Shown: positions 27,645 through 38,169 of the stretch, piece by piece | How the letters are laid out: the number at the start of each line of letters is the position of its first letter | Numbering within the stretch: position 1 is the stretch's first letter | Virus record (IMG/VR): IMGVR_UViG_3300047585_000208 | Location: 64,001 to 128,000 of that record | DNA: 64,000 nt | Strand: one strand, 5' to 3' | DNA from: a virus | Notes under the pieces: model-generated | The model's input: only the letters and a program-made list of their open reading frames with translations | What the model was told of the DNA's origin: nothing | Database searches by the model: none | Position numbers and translations under genes: made by a program

Positions 27645-28481
27645 ATGGTTGGGGCTACGATGGTTAGGGAAAGAACACGCAAGGAAGAATTTGAAGACAT
27701 GGAGCTCGCTCGGGACGACATGAACGACGCGCTCCGTGAGCAGTACGACGGGATTTTTAGTCTGGTGTGCGATGACGCGAACACCCAGATTCAGCATTAT
27801 TGGCAGATTGGTAAAGTTGTTGACGACATTCTTGACAACGAGACAAAGTACGGGTCGGATGCGCTTAAGCGACTTGTGGCAGCTATGGGTAAGCAAACTC
27901 TTTCTTACTTTCATCGTGCCAGGAATCTTTATCAGCTGATTGACGAGATTGAGCTTAGGAAGATCCTTTCGTATAGGAGGAAGTATTCAAAACTGCCGGT
28001 TACGCTGTCGCACCTGTCAAGAATTACTGGTGTGACAGATCAAAGGAAACGACTAAAGCTGCTCACAGATCTTTGCGAGCAAGAACAGTCTTTTGATGAG
28101 TTTGTCGCGTCTGTCGATAAGACGCTTAATCGAACTATCGCCGAGCGTAACGCCGGTGGTCGGAAACACAAAGTGCCGGTTACTGCGATTGGCAAGGTCA
28201 GTAATTTCTGCGAGTCAGCTAGGTTCGTGTGTGCGAGGGCTGACCAGGTTTGGCTTAACGAGGATTACCTCTTCTCTAAAGCCATCTCTGAGACTGCCCC
28301 AGACAAGGTTACGCCAGAGCTAATCGAAACTATCGATCAAGCTATTGGCTGTGCTGTTGATCTGGAGTCTGCTGCCAAGAAGATTCGAAATGAAGCTGGT
28401 AAGGCTAGAGAATTAGCAGCTAAGATTGCTGCAACTCACGCCGAGCAGCTTGGTTATGCCGATGTGGAGGGAATTGAATGA
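27645..28481 (+). CDS. DUF1016 (YhcG) N-terminal-like DNA-binding protein
   Basis: YWQIGKVV...YGSDALKRL...LSH pattern. Confidence 0.55.
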   Translation: MVGATMVRERTRKEEFEDMELARDDMNDALREQYDGIFSLVCDDANTQIQHYWQIGKVVDDILDNETKYGSDALKRLVAAMGKQTLSYFHRARNLYQLIDEIELRKILSYRRKYSKLPVTLSHLSRITGVTDQRKRLKLLTDLCEQEQSFDEFVASVDKTLNRTIAERNAGGRKHKVPVTAIGKVSNFCESARFVCARADQVWLNEDYLFSKAISETAPDKVTPELIETIDQAIGCAVDLESAAKKIRNEAGKARELAAKIAATHAEQLGYADVEGIE

Positions 28482-29299
28482 GTCTCCCATCCGACTATAA
28501 CCGAAACCGATCTTGGATTCAGACCTTCACAGGTAAGCAGTTCTGGCCGCTTGAGCCAGACGCTGAGAGTGTCGACATTCGCGATATAGCGCATTCACTT
28601 GCTCTGAAGTGTCGCTTCTCTGGTCATACGACTTGCTTTGCTTCTGTTGCGCAGCATAGCGTAATGGCAAGTCTTAACATCGTGCCAGAGTTTGCTTTGT
28701 GGGCGCTCCTTCACGACGCCTCAGAAGCCTATGTGCCAGATATCGCGAGTCCAATAAAGCCGTGGATTAGCGGCTTCAAAGAAATTGAAGATAACATTCT
28801 CAAAGCTGTTGCAGCCAAATTCGGGCTCGTTTGGCCAATGCCGGACGCTGTCCACGAAATTGATTCTATTCTTCTGCTTACAGAGCGCCGAGATGTTATG
28901 CTGCCTACGAAACTACCGTGGGCGCAAATCTCGTTTAAAGCTAAAGGACTAAAGCCTCTTGAGGCTAAAATCAAACCCTGGAGCTGGCGCCGAGCGGAGA
29001 AAAAGTTTCTGAGCAGGTTTGAAGAGTTAGCAGGCGAGGCCAAACAAGAGGCCCCTGTTGACTACGCGAAGGTAAAAGCCCTTCGTGGTGGTGTAAAGCC
29101 AGTGGAAGAAGCCGATGACGACGATACATTCGTTTGTTTATCTCCAACAAAGGCTTCTCAAGTTTCATTGCACGATCCTGCCGAGTGTTTACCTAGGGCT
29201 GGCTCTTGCAAGACGTATGAACCTAACAGGCTTAGATTGTATGGTGATAAAGCTGGGCGTTGGGATAACGTAGTTAGAGCTCTTGAGGAGGATCGCTAA
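28478..29299 (+). CDS. HD-domain 5'-deoxynucleotidase (YfdR-like)
   Basis: WIQTFTG, DIAHSLA, RFSGH, SVAQHS and LLHDASEAY motifs. Confidence 0.9.
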   Translation: MSLPSDYNRNRSWIQTFTGKQFWPLEPDAESVDIRDIAHSLALKCRFSGHTTCFASVAQHSVMASLNIVPEFALWALLHDASEAYVPDIASPIKPWISGFKEIEDNILKAVAAKFGLVWPMPDAVHEIDSILLLTERRDVMLPTKLPWAQISFKAKGLKPLEAKIKPWSWRRAEKKFLSRFEELAGEAKQEAPVDYAKVKALRGGVKPVEEADDDDTFVCLSPTKASQVSLHDPAECLPRAGSCKTYEPNRLRLYGDKAGRWDNVVRALEEDR

Positions 29300-29505
29300 T
29301 GGGTGCCTGGGGCGAGTTCATTTCTTGTGAGTTAGTATTTGCGCTTATTTTTGGGCTTGTTGGCTATGGACTTGGTGAAAGCGCCAGAGCCGTTTCTTTT
29401 GGGGTGGCTTTTGGCCTGACTTTCGGTTTGCTTGTTCTTGGTGGTGGTACGCCGGCTGTTGAAGAAGTAGAAGACGAGCCAGTTGAAACTCCTAAACCTG
29501 AGTAA
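29299..29505 (+). CDS. small membrane protein with acidic tail
   Basis: Two hydrophobic segments; GAGGAGG RBS. Confidence 0.6.
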   Translation: MGAWGEFISCELVFALIFGLVGYGLGESARAVSFGVAFGLTFGLLVLGGGTPAVEEVEDEPVETPKPE

Positions 29506-29557
29506 TGCATTACTCAAACCCTTGGTAGAGGGTTTTTATCTACCAGAAGGGGCGGCT

Positions 29558-29758
29558 ATGAAAGTTGTTTGTGCTTGGTGTAGGGTTCACATGTCTGGGC
29601 CAAGCGAAGATTTGGTTATTAAGCCGGGTTTGTGTAGTGATTGTTACACAAGGCTTGAAAAGGAAATTGAAGAAACTAAGGCCAGCGCTATAGAAGAAGT
29701 AAAGAGCCGCATCATGGAGGTTGACTCTGGTAAAGAAGATGTGGAGTATTGTGAGTAA
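29558..29758 (+). CDS. small Zn-finger protein
   Basis: CAWC...CSDC motifs. Confidence 0.6.
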   Translation: MKVVCAWCRVHMSGPSEDLVIKPGLCSDCYTRLEKEIEETKASAIEEVKSRIMEVDSGKEDVEYCE

Positions 29759-29862
29759 TGACACACGATGGCTTCACAACTGGACAAGCGTCAAAGTATA
29801 TCAAAAGGCACCCTAAGACCTTGCAGACGCTTGATCGTGCCGGCAGATTGCCGGCCAAGTGA
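29758..29862 (+). pseudogene. truncated IS607-type TnpA (MerR-like HTH only)
   Basis: MTHDGFTTGQASKYIKRHPKTLQTLDRAGRLPAK*, directly upstream of tnpB. Confidence 0.6.
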
Positions 29863-29981
29863 GCTTCGACTTGCTTGATCTTGAACAGCAACGAAAATGT
29901 TTTCATTACACGAAGCTTCAACCGTTATGGGCGGCTGATAATCATCGCAAGGGAAAACGCGCTCAAAGAAGTATTAAAGAC

Positions 29982-31142
29982 GTGAACCTGACACACAAGA
30001 TATCCCTGGACGCCACGTTCAAGCAACGGCATTATTTTGCCCGCGCTGCTGGTACGTCCAGGTTTGTTTACAACCACGCTTTAGCCGAATGGAATCGTCA
30101 ATACTCGGCCGGAGGCAGGCCAACTGCTAACGCCTTGAAGCTGCAATTCAATGCGACGTACAAGGAACTATGGCCCTGGATTGAGGATGTTCACCGCGAT
30201 TGCCATTCCCAACCTTTTGCAGATCTTGGCAAAGCGTTCGGCAATTTTTTCAAGGGCCTGGCCAAACGGCCAGTGTTCAAGAAACGCGGTAAAAGCAGGG
30301 CGTCATTTTACGTCGCCAATGACAAGTTTAGCGTGCGTGGCAACACGGTGAGGTTGCCAGTGATCGGCAAAGTGAAGATGCGAGAAGCGTTGCGGTTCAC
30401 CGGCAAGATCAATTCGGCCCGCGTGGTTGAAGAGTGCGGCCAGTGGTTCATTTGTATTTCTGTGGACGTTGGTGAGTTCAGTAAGCCACGCACTGGAGAC
30501 AGCGTTGTGGGCGTGGACGTTGGCGTTAAAGTGTTGGCCACGCTCGACACGGGCGAACAGATTGAGAATCCCCGTCCGCTCAAGAAGGCTCAGAAAAGAT
30601 TACGCCGAGCAAACCGAAAGCTTGCCCGTCGCGTGAAGGGGTCGGCCAACAGGAATAAACAGCGGCAGGTTGTGGCCCGCATCCACCGCCGCATTCGTAA
30701 TATCCGTCACGATGTTCTGCACAAATTCACGTCGCGGCTGGCCAAAAACCACGGCACAGTCGTGATCGAAGACCTCAACGTCAAAGGAATGGTGAAAAAC
30801 CATTGTTTGGCGCAAGCGATCAGCGATGCTGGGTTTGGCATGTTCCGTCAATTTCTCGGCTACAAGGTCGTGATACACGGAACGCGGATTGTCGTGGCGG
30901 ATAGGTTTTATCCCAGTTCGAAGATGTGTTCGCGCTGCGGAAGAGTCAAGTCTGAGCTTTCACTCAGCGAGCGAGTGTTCATTTGCGAATGCGGTAACGT
31001 TATTGACCGCGACTGGAACGCCGCTTTGAACCTGAAACAACTAGGGGCGGCTAGCCCCGAAGTAACGCCTGTGGAGTCGTCATGGGGCGACAGTGAAGCA
31101 GGAACTACACCGCGAGCAGACTCACGTTTGCTCACAAGGTAG
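29982..31142 (+). mobile_element. tnpB: TnpB of IS200/605/IS607-family element
   Basis: AGTSRFVYN HTH; RuvC GVDVG, IEDL and DRDWNAA; Zn finger; PEVTPVE tail. Probable GTG start at 29982. Confidence 0.93.
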
Positions 31143-31156
31143 AAAGCAGTTGAAAA

Positions 31157-31567
31157 ATGTTGGTAGTCACTGCAAGTCATCTTGATATCGAGAGTTACAG
31201 GTTTGCTAAACACAAGCCTGCTGGAATCATTAACCGGAACACCAAAGAGAATTGGTGTGTCCGTCAGACCGATACAGATTCCGCCCTTTCACCAAGGCAC
31301 CTTTGGACGACAGTCGAAGACCATGTTCATATCCCGGTGCATCAGTACACAGCTCCAGCTGGAACAGACGTACAGCCTATTGGGCTAGGGATCAGTATTG
31401 GCTGTACCGCTGTGAACGACTTCTACGCAGACTATAAAAGACAGTTTCCGGATGCAAGGATTATCCGACTTCACCTAGTTCTTGGGCACGAGCCTAAGCT
31501 CCGTGGAGGAGTATTAGCGTTTTGGGTAGGATTTGCCTTCCTTGTGGAGGGCGTCCGATTTGATTAA
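31157..31567 (+). CDS. hypothetical protein
   Basis: 136-aa ORF. Confidence 0.6.
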   Translation: MLVVTASHLDIESYRFAKHKPAGIINRNTKENWCVRQTDTDSALSPRHLWTTVEDHVHIPVHQYTAPAGTDVQPIGLGISIGCTAVNDFYADYKRQFPDARIIRLHLVLGHEPKLRGGVLAFWVGFAFLVEGVRFD

Positions 31568-31659
31568 AAGGAGGAATTACGAGCGTACCAATAGTCTCTG
31601 GTCGTTACTGGTGCACTTATCGCAGTAGTTGAGTAACGCATTACTCAAAAGGAGAAAGT

Positions 31660-32058
31660 ATGGAAGCTGCAGAAGAAACTTTGAAGGAATTAAATGAAAT
31701 GCTTGCTGAAGATGATTTGACTGCACATGACCCGACGGCTGCCGCTTTTAGCGACTTGCGCGAAACGTCGGCACAGCTAAGGATCGCTATTGGACAGTTT
31801 AGTAACGTCTCTGTAGCTTATTACAAGCTTCATGACGAAGCCGCTAATGAAGGCGAAGTACCGGATTCGAATGTTATCCTTGAAGTCGATAATGAGCGGT
31901 TTCGAGTAGACAGCCTCTCGGCAAGGGAGGCCGCACTGTTTCTTACTGAGCGAGCTTTAGTAGAGGCTTTCCGACGAGTGGAGGAACTTAGCACTCGTGG
32001 TATGGAACTTTGTACTTTTCTAATCTCTGCGAGAGCGCCAGATGCCGAAGTTGCCTAG
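31660..32058 (+). CDS. acidic hypothetical protein
   Basis: RBS after a palindrome. Confidence 0.7.
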   Translation: MEAAEETLKELNEMLAEDDLTAHDPTAAAFSDLRETSAQLRIAIGQFSNVSVAYYKLHDEAANEGEVPDSNVILEVDNERFRVDSLSAREAALFLTERALVEAFRRVEELSTRGMELCTFLISARAPDAEVA

Positions 32059-32932
32059 TTATAACTTGCCAAGAGTGTTTAGGCATCGGCTTGCGCTTAT
32101 GGAGCTCCTGAGTGTTAACTACTCAGGATGCTCCTTGACTGGTAAGGATTTTGAAGATTTTGTTGAAGACGTCAGAAGCACTATTTCTGACAAGATCGTT
32201 TATTCGGCGCTATACGCCTCGCTCAGGGGGCTCGCTGGTGTTGAGCTTGATAAGCCCAGAATCAGCGAGCTCTCTTGGCGCATTGCTGGGAATCTTCCAG
32301 CTATACTTGCTGGAAAACCTGTAATAGTCTGGAACAACCAGCTTCAGGCAGAGTGGTGCCCTGTTCAGGTTACGGACGCTGTTCCGGGCATAGTTCAAGT
32401 AGACCAAGTAAGTTACGCGGCTGTAAGACTAGTTTGCTTTGTTATGGCCGGCTCACCGGCGGGGCATCTTTTTGAAAAGGTCTGGCCGGTTAGGCACATA
32501 AAAGCGCTACGTAAGGTGTTTGGGTTTGCTAAGTATGACAAGCAGAAGTACACAGGTGAGGTTCCAAAGCGTCCAGAGTTTCCTTTTCGGGATATTAGAC
32601 AACTCGTGAATTTGCGGTTCTTTGGCCAGTTTGAGCCAAGTGAACAAGCTATGTTGCTGCTTGCGGGTGTAGACACGTGCAGCAGTATGAAGGCCTGGAA
32701 TAAAAGCACAATGCTTTTAAGAGCCCGCAAAGGCTTTGAGTGTCCGCTTGGTTACTCAGTTAAAGAAGTCCCGTGCTATAGGTGCGAGCTTGGGTATGAC
32801 AAATGTCAAGCTGCTTGTCGCCCAACTACCCTTGAAAAAGGAAATTGCGAGAAATGTGGCTTGACGAATGTGTGGATAGATGCTAGAGTAACTACCACGT
32901 GTGTGGATTGTTCTAGTCATCAGTTGTTATAA
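32042..32932 (+). CDS. hypothetical protein with C-terminal Cys-rich Zn-binding region
   Basis: Several CxxC motifs. Confidence 0.7.
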   Translation: MPKLPSYNLPRVFRHRLALMELLSVNYSGCSLTGKDFEDFVEDVRSTISDKIVYSALYASLRGLAGVELDKPRISELSWRIAGNLPAILAGKPVIVWNNQLQAEWCPVQVTDAVPGIVQVDQVSYAAVRLVCFVMAGSPAGHLFEKVWPVRHIKALRKVFGFAKYDKQKYTGEVPKRPEFPFRDIRQLVNLRFFGQFEPSEQAMLLLAGVDTCSSMKAWNKSTMLLRARKGFECPLGYSVKEVPCYRCELGYDKCQAACRPTTLEKGNCEKCGLTNVWIDARVTTTCVDCSSHQLL

Positions 32933-32942
32933 GGAGCATAGT

Positions 32943-33428
32943 TTGCCAAAGAATCCTTATCGAGAGAAGTCGAACCACCAGCAGGCTGTGGAGCTTTTTC
33001 TTAAGGGCGCTGGGCACGATATCCCAGACAGGCCAATGCTAGCGCCCCAGAAAAAGTTGATCGCTCAGGTGAAGATTTTGTTTGAAGAGGCGCTTGAGCT
33101 GGCTGACGCTGTTGGGATCGACGTCCTGGTTGACGAGATTCCGATTACGAAGAACTCGCTTGAGTTCGACGCAGATATTAATGAGTCGGATTTTGTGGAT
33201 GTTGTTGACGGGGCTTGCGATGTGATGGTCGTCGCTACCGGGTTTCTTTCGCTGTGTGGGGTTTCGGATGTTGGTGTTCAGGCAGAGGTGGATACCAATA
33301 ATTTGCTGAAGCTCGATGGCGGAAAAATGAACGGGGCTGGGAAGTTTAAGAAGCCAAAGGGGCATCCGAGGCCGGAGCTGAAGGCTAGGCTGCTTGAGCA
33401 GGGCTGGCAGAAACCAATCGGCGAGTAA
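32943..33428 (+). CDS. MazG/PRA-PH-like NTP pyrophosphohydrolase
   Basis: EEALEL, DGACD and NNLLK...GKFKKP motifs. Confidence 0.8.
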   Translation: MPKNPYREKSNHQQAVELFLKGAGHDIPDRPMLAPQKKLIAQVKILFEEALELADAVGIDVLVDEIPITKNSLEFDADINESDFVDVVDGACDVMVVATGFLSLCGVSDVGVQAEVDTNNLLKLDGGKMNGAGKFKKPKGHPRPELKARLLEQGWQKPIGE

Positions 33429-33449
33429 CGCATTACTCAAGGAGCGGTC

Positions 33450-33659
33450 ATGGACGAACGGGGATTAAATAGCGCTGGCGAGCGGGTTCATACAGACGAC
33501 TTTGGTAATGAGTACGTTTTGGATGAACTTGGTAATCGTCGCCCGCCTATGTACACGAGTAAATGTAGCAAGACGGACGGTTTTACAACATACGACACTG
33601 ATCAAGGGCACTGCTGTCTTTGTGGCAACTTGCTGTGTCGAGGTAGTTGCTTTAAGTAA
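33450..33659 (+). CDS. small Cys-rich protein
   Basis: RBS after a palindrome; HCCLCGxxxC motif. Confidence 0.6.
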   Translation: MDERGLNSAGERVHTDDFGNEYVLDELGNRRPPMYTSKCSKTDGFTTYDTDQGHCCLCGNLLCRGSCFK

Positions 33660-33670
33660 GGAATTTAGTT

Positions 33671-34183
33671 ATGTCATTAGAAGTTCTTATACCCGGTGTT
33701 AATGGTGGAGCCGGCATTAGGACCAATCCGAGTAGGGATTGTGCTTATTTATGGCCACAACTCGCTTACATGATTAAAGACGGGTTGGTGGAGTCCGCTT
33801 GGGAGCCATGGTATGAGCATTATTGTAAATCTCAAGGCATTACCGAGTGTGATCTTATGCACGCTCTAGAGTGCTTCTACAGGTTTATGGTTTTTAGCCA
33901 TACTCCAGAGATTGGCTGGACAATGGCTGATGCGCTTCGAGAGTCTGGTTTCCTTAGTTGCCCACAGGCCGCGCAACTTGTTGTTGTAGCGAAAGCTGGC
34001 CAATTAACTTGCGGAGCGTGGTGGTATGGCGCTCGCGAGCTTGTTCGGGATAATGAAGCCCCGTCTACTATTCGCAAGATGGGTGAGTGGGCCGAGCAAA
34101 CGCGACAGCTGTTATCTAGTTTGTGGAATGTTCAAATTAAGCAGCATGAAGCTGTAGCTGACAAGGCCCAGATGGTCGGTTAA
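33671..34183 (+). CDS. hypothetical protein
   Basis: 170-aa ORF with RBS. Confidence 0.7.
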   Translation: MSLEVLIPGVNGGAGIRTNPSRDCAYLWPQLAYMIKDGLVESAWEPWYEHYCKSQGITECDLMHALECFYRFMVFSHTPEIGWTMADALRESGFLSCPQAAQLVVVAKAGQLTCGAWWYGARELVRDNEAPSTIRKMGEWAEQTRQLLSSLWNVQIKQHEAVADKAQMVG

Positions 34184-34195
34184 GCAAGGAGCGCG

Positions 34196-34975
34196 ATGTT
34201 AACCGTAAATTCAGCATCAATAGAAGCAAACACGATAAAGTCGTTGTTTGCAATCATGAAGGATAAGTTTAGGAACTTTCCTAAGAACTACTTGGTTTTC
34301 GATGTCGAGACGACTGGCACGGTCTGTGGTAAAGATCTAATCACAGATATTGGGCATACGCTTGTTACTGACGGCGAGGTCACAGATAAGAATAGCGTCC
34401 TGTTGGACTGGACAAGACATGAGCGCGTGGACCAGTCGTGGCTGCAAGAGCGGATGCTACAAACAAAACGTTTTGTGGAGATCACAAAGGACGGGAGAAA
34501 AAGTGGTAAGACTTACCACGGTAGTTACGAGTTGTTGCGAAATGAGGGCGTTCCACCAGAAGACGCCTTGAAAGCTTATCGCGACATGTTTGAATCGACC
34601 CGTCGTGATGGGCTATTTTTTGTAGCGCATAACGGGATAAGTTTTGATTGTCCTTTGTTAGAAAATCATTTTGTGCAATATCTCGATCAGCCATGGGAGT
34701 TTGCTGATGGTGAGGTATTTGATTCCGGAATGGTGTGTAAAGCCACGCAGATTGCTATGACTGTCTGGCACGGTGAGTCGGTTAGAGAGTTTTCAAGAAG
34801 GGTAGCAGCTCACCGTATGAAAGGCGTGTTTTGGAATCTTGAAAATTTTGCAGTGCAAAAGTATAAATTGCAAGAGAAATACAATTTAGACGCAAGTCAG
34901 GCACATACAGCGCTTCATGACAGCTATGTGACTCATTTGCTTTTTAAAGAGTTGACAGCACAAGTCGCCGCTTAA
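34196..34975 (+). CDS. DEDDh 3'-5' exonuclease (DnaQ-like)
   Basis: DVETTG, AHNGxxFD and HTALHD motifs. Confidence 0.9.
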   Translation: MLTVNSASIEANTIKSLFAIMKDKFRNFPKNYLVFDVETTGTVCGKDLITDIGHTLVTDGEVTDKNSVLLDWTRHERVDQSWLQERMLQTKRFVEITKDGRKSGKTYHGSYELLRNEGVPPEDALKAYRDMFESTRRDGLFFVAHNGISFDCPLLENHFVQYLDQPWEFADGEVFDSGMVCKATQIAMTVWHGESVREFSRRVAAHRMKGVFWNLENFAVQKYKLQEKYNLDASQAHTALHDSYVTHLLFKELTAQVAA

Positions 34976-34997
34976 TTTTCACTAAAGGAGTATTTAA

Positions 34998-35669
34998 ATG
35001 AGGGTAGGAGCAGCAGAAGTAATTATTCTTGGTGGCAATGAAATGGCCGATGGCTATGTCCACCTAGAACACGAGACGCAATATACTTTGCGAATCTTGA
35101 ATCACTTTAACCGGCGCGTAGACGCTGAAGTCCGGATTGACAATAAGGATCAGGGCGCTTACCGCGTTGAAGCATTCCGCGCGATTCAGCTGGAGCGCCC
35201 GAGTCACGAAAACGGAAGGTTTACATTTTTCAGAGTTGGTACAGCCGAAGCCGCTCAAGCTGGCGCTGAAAAGATCGATAACCAAGACCGCGGCCTCGTT
35301 CAGGTCACATTCAAAGTTGAGAAGGCCCCCGTTGTCGTGCCAATAAGCAGACGTGGAGCTGGTGGCTCATGCGCCGGTGGTAGACCAGACAGCTGGGCCT
35401 ATACTGGTGGTGTGCGCGGTCAATCCATGAATTGCGCTTCATCGCTAACTTCTGGCGGTGTGCTCGGAGTTGCGGGGGCTCCAGCAGCCTCGGCCGGTAT
35501 AACTGGTCTCACAGGCCATAGCAAGCAATCCTTTGTCGAAGTCAAGGAGCTCGACTATGACGAGGCAGCTACTGTAGTAGTTACGCTCCGTCTCGTCGAG
35601 ACTACGAACACTGTTCGCGAGCTTGGTGAGGCTCACAAAGGTAATCCAGTGCCCCAGCCAGTTGGTTGA
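34998..35669 (+). CDS. hypothetical protein
   Basis: Strong RBS; stop in a palindrome. Confidence 0.75.
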   Translation: MRVGAAEVIILGGNEMADGYVHLEHETQYTLRILNHFNRRVDAEVRIDNKDQGAYRVEAFRAIQLERPSHENGRFTFFRVGTAEAAQAGAEKIDNQDRGLVQVTFKVEKAPVVVPISRRGAGGSCAGGRPDSWAYTGGVRGQSMNCASSLTSGGVLGVAGAPAASAGITGLTGHSKQSFVEVKELDYDEAATVVVTLRLVETTNTVRELGEAHKGNPVPQPVG

Positions 35670-35747
35670 GTAACGCATTACTCAAATTTCGGCGTAGATT
35701 ATAAATCCGCCGCATACGAATCATCGATTTTCAGTTGTGATTATTAA

Positions 35748-36371
35748 ATGAGCAAATCGCTGTTAGAGGTCGATCCAGCTGTTGTAGCTGAGAAACGTCC
35801 AGTTACAACTAAGAAGCTCATTCTTGGGTTAGATCTTGGAACGACTTGTGGATACTCGTACGGTTTTTATGTACCTGGACAACCTGCCAGCCCAACCTGC
35901 ATTGATAAGAATTTCGTAGGTAATTGGGATTTGTCAGCTGGGCCGTACGATTCAGGGGCGATTCGGTTCTTGCGATTGCGTTATTTTTTGTCTGCTGTCA
36001 GACCAAATGCGGTTTTTTATGAGGACGTCAAATTTACTCCTCCAGGCATTAATAAATTTAATGCCCACGCAATCCTTGCCCGTACAGCCACTTCTAGCGA
36101 GTTCATCGGCGCTCTTCGTGCTACGGTTTGTACTTGGGCTCATGAGAACGATGTCCCTTGTACAGGCTTTGGCATTGGGACAATAAAGCGCAGAGCTACT
36201 GCTAGAGGCCGAGCAGATAAAGAAGATATCATCAGAGCTTGCAATGAGATGTTTGGTACGACGCTAGATCCAGACGGGTATCAAACTACTGGTGTTGACA
36301 ATATAGCCGACTCAGCATTCGTTTGTCTTTTAGGATTAGAACAATATGCAGCAGGATTTTCCACAACCTGA
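35748..36371 (+). CDS. RuvC-like Holliday junction resolvase
   Basis: LGLDLGT, YEDV, IKRRATARGRADK and DNIADS motifs. Confidence 0.85.
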   Translation: MSKSLLEVDPAVVAEKRPVTTKKLILGLDLGTTCGYSYGFYVPGQPASPTCIDKNFVGNWDLSAGPYDSGAIRFLRLRYFLSAVRPNAVFYEDVKFTPPGINKFNAHAILARTATSSEFIGALRATVCTWAHENDVPCTGFGIGTIKRRATARGRADKEDIIRACNEMFGTTLDPDGYQTTGVDNIADSAFVCLLGLEQYAAGFSTT

Positions 36372-37026
36372 ACAAGTAACTAGGCAAGAACTCCAGCCTA
36401 GCGACGGTCAACCTTATCATGTAATGCGTCTCTCAAAAGCAACCGGTCTAACAGACCTAGCGGAGGAGTACGCCTTCTTCACTACCGGTATACTGCACGT
36501 GCATGGCCGACTTGACTATGATCCAGTCGCGACTTACGTGCAAGAGTATCCAAATTGTTGCCCAATGCGAATTAATCTCCCGACTCCAGCCTTCAAAGGT
36601 CTTAACGTCGGCGATAACGACGTCTGGAATTACGTTATATTTGCCGTGCGTAAAGAAGAGTGGGGTGAGACCAACAAAAAGCTAATGCAGTACCTGTCTT
36701 ACCTTGGCATAGTTGACCGAAAGCGCAACCGCTATTCAAGGATGCTCGTACAAGAGCTCCCAATGCTCGATAGGCTCGCACTAGCGAGGAAGTCTGTTCT
36801 TCCATCTCCTTTGCCGTCCGTGAACATCTTTACCTTCGGCCTAGACGGTAATAAAGAGCGCGTCTTCTTTGAACCAGCTTTCGATATGCACCCAAAGAAA
36901 AAGATCCGAGTCGTAAAACTCGGACCAGACGAAGCTGGAAGACAATTCGCTGAACACATGCGGCAAAGGGCGTTCACTGAAGATAAACTCTACCCAGAGA
37001 AGCAGGAAATCGCCCTGGCTGCCTAA
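36346..37026 (+). CDS. hypothetical protein
   Basis: 226-aa ORF. Confidence 0.7.
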   Translation: MQQDFPQPEQVTRQELQPSDGQPYHVMRLSKATGLTDLAEEYAFFTTGILHVHGRLDYDPVATYVQEYPNCCPMRINLPTPAFKGLNVGDNDVWNYVIFAVRKEEWGETNKKLMQYLSYLGIVDRKRNRYSRMLVQELPMLDRLALARKSVLPSPLPSVNIFTFGLDGNKERVFFEPAFDMHPKKKIRVVKLGPDEAGRQFAEHMRQRAFTEDKLYPEKQEIALAA

Positions 37027-37037
37027 AGGAGAAATTC

Positions 37038-37928
37038 GTGTCGGATAAAACAGCTCTTGGCGATCGAATGAAATGGTATGAGGGTCGCTACACTGAGCAG
37101 ACCTTCATGCCGTTTTGCCCAGTTATTGCGAGACTTGACGGTCGGGCTTTTCACACCTTTACGCACGATCTTGAGCGGCCATTCGATAAGCGGTTTTCTG
37201 ACTTGATGATTGAGACAACGAAGTTCCTTGTCAAAGAGGCTGTTGCGGCTTGTGGTTATACGCAGTCAGACGAGATTAGTCTCACTTGGCTTACTGAGGA
37301 CTGGACCAGTGAGATTTTCTTTGGCGGTAAGTTGCAGAAGATGAACTCAGTCTTAGCATCACTCGCTACAGCCTTTTTTAATACGAAGCTTAAGGCTTAT
37401 CTGCCCAACAAGGCAGAGGCTATAGCAGAAGATGCAACCAAGTGCCCTGTATTTGATTGCCGGGCCTTCCAAGTTCCAACAGTCTCAGAAGCCGTTAACT
37501 GTTTCATTTGGCGAGAGATGGACGCGACTCGCAACTCGGTTCAAATGGCGGTTAGGTCTTTGTATAGCCACAAAGACTGCGATATGAAGAAGACCCACGA
37601 CCTTATGGACATGCTTTTCCATAAAGGTGTTAACTGGGATGATTATCCGGCTTTCTTTAAGCGCGGAACTTATGTTCGTCATCGAGTTGTTGATCGAGCC
37701 TTCGCCAAGGAAGAGCTCGAAGCCTTACCACCTAAGCACGCTGTTCGGCAAAACCCTGATTTGCGGATTCGCCGAACGGTTGTGATGCAGGAGAACTTTC
37801 CGCCGCTTGCACGAATTTCAAATCGAATTAATGTTATTCTGCATGGCGCTGATCCTATTACGATTGCAGAGAAGATTTTTAAGGACGTGGACGATGAAGA
37901 TCAAGTTACATCTGCCTCGGCAGTTTGA
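37038..37928 (+). CDS. tRNA(His) guanylyltransferase Thg1-like protein
   Basis: GDRMK, RLDGRAFH, YTQSDEIS, FDCR and WRExDA motifs. Confidence 0.93.
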   Translation: MSDKTALGDRMKWYEGRYTEQTFMPFCPVIARLDGRAFHTFTHDLERPFDKRFSDLMIETTKFLVKEAVAACGYTQSDEISLTWLTEDWTSEIFFGGKLQKMNSVLASLATAFFNTKLKAYLPNKAEAIAEDATKCPVFDCRAFQVPTVSEAVNCFIWREMDATRNSVQMAVRSLYSHKDCDMKKTHDLMDMLFHKGVNWDDYPAFFKRGTYVRHRVVDRAFAKEELEALPPKHAVRQNPDLRIRRTVVMQENFPPLARISNRINVILHGADPITIAEKIFKDVDDEDQVTSASAV

Positions 37929-38169
37929 AGGTAAAGTCGAAGCCAAGGATAACACTTTGGTAATCGAGCCACACTTTGCTTTCGCGACCCAAGCTAAGAC
38001 AATCGCGTTTGTTGAGGTTGTGGATGATAGTGGCCAAAAGATCGTTCATTCTCAGCTTGTAGTCAGCGGGCGGGACGGGAAGCTCGTTGTTAAACCAGAT
38101 AAAAAAGTTTCGTCTGCGTTTGACGGTGGGCTACCGGAAGTGAAAATGGAGGCGCCTAATGCTGTTTGA
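37894..38169 (+). CDS. hypothetical protein
   Basis: ORF overlapping the Thg1 end. Confidence 0.55.
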   Translation: MKIKLHLPRQFEGKVEAKDNTLVIEPHFAFATQAKTIAFVEVVDDSGQKIVHSQLVVSGRDGKLVVKPDKKVSSAFDGGLPEVKMEAPNAV

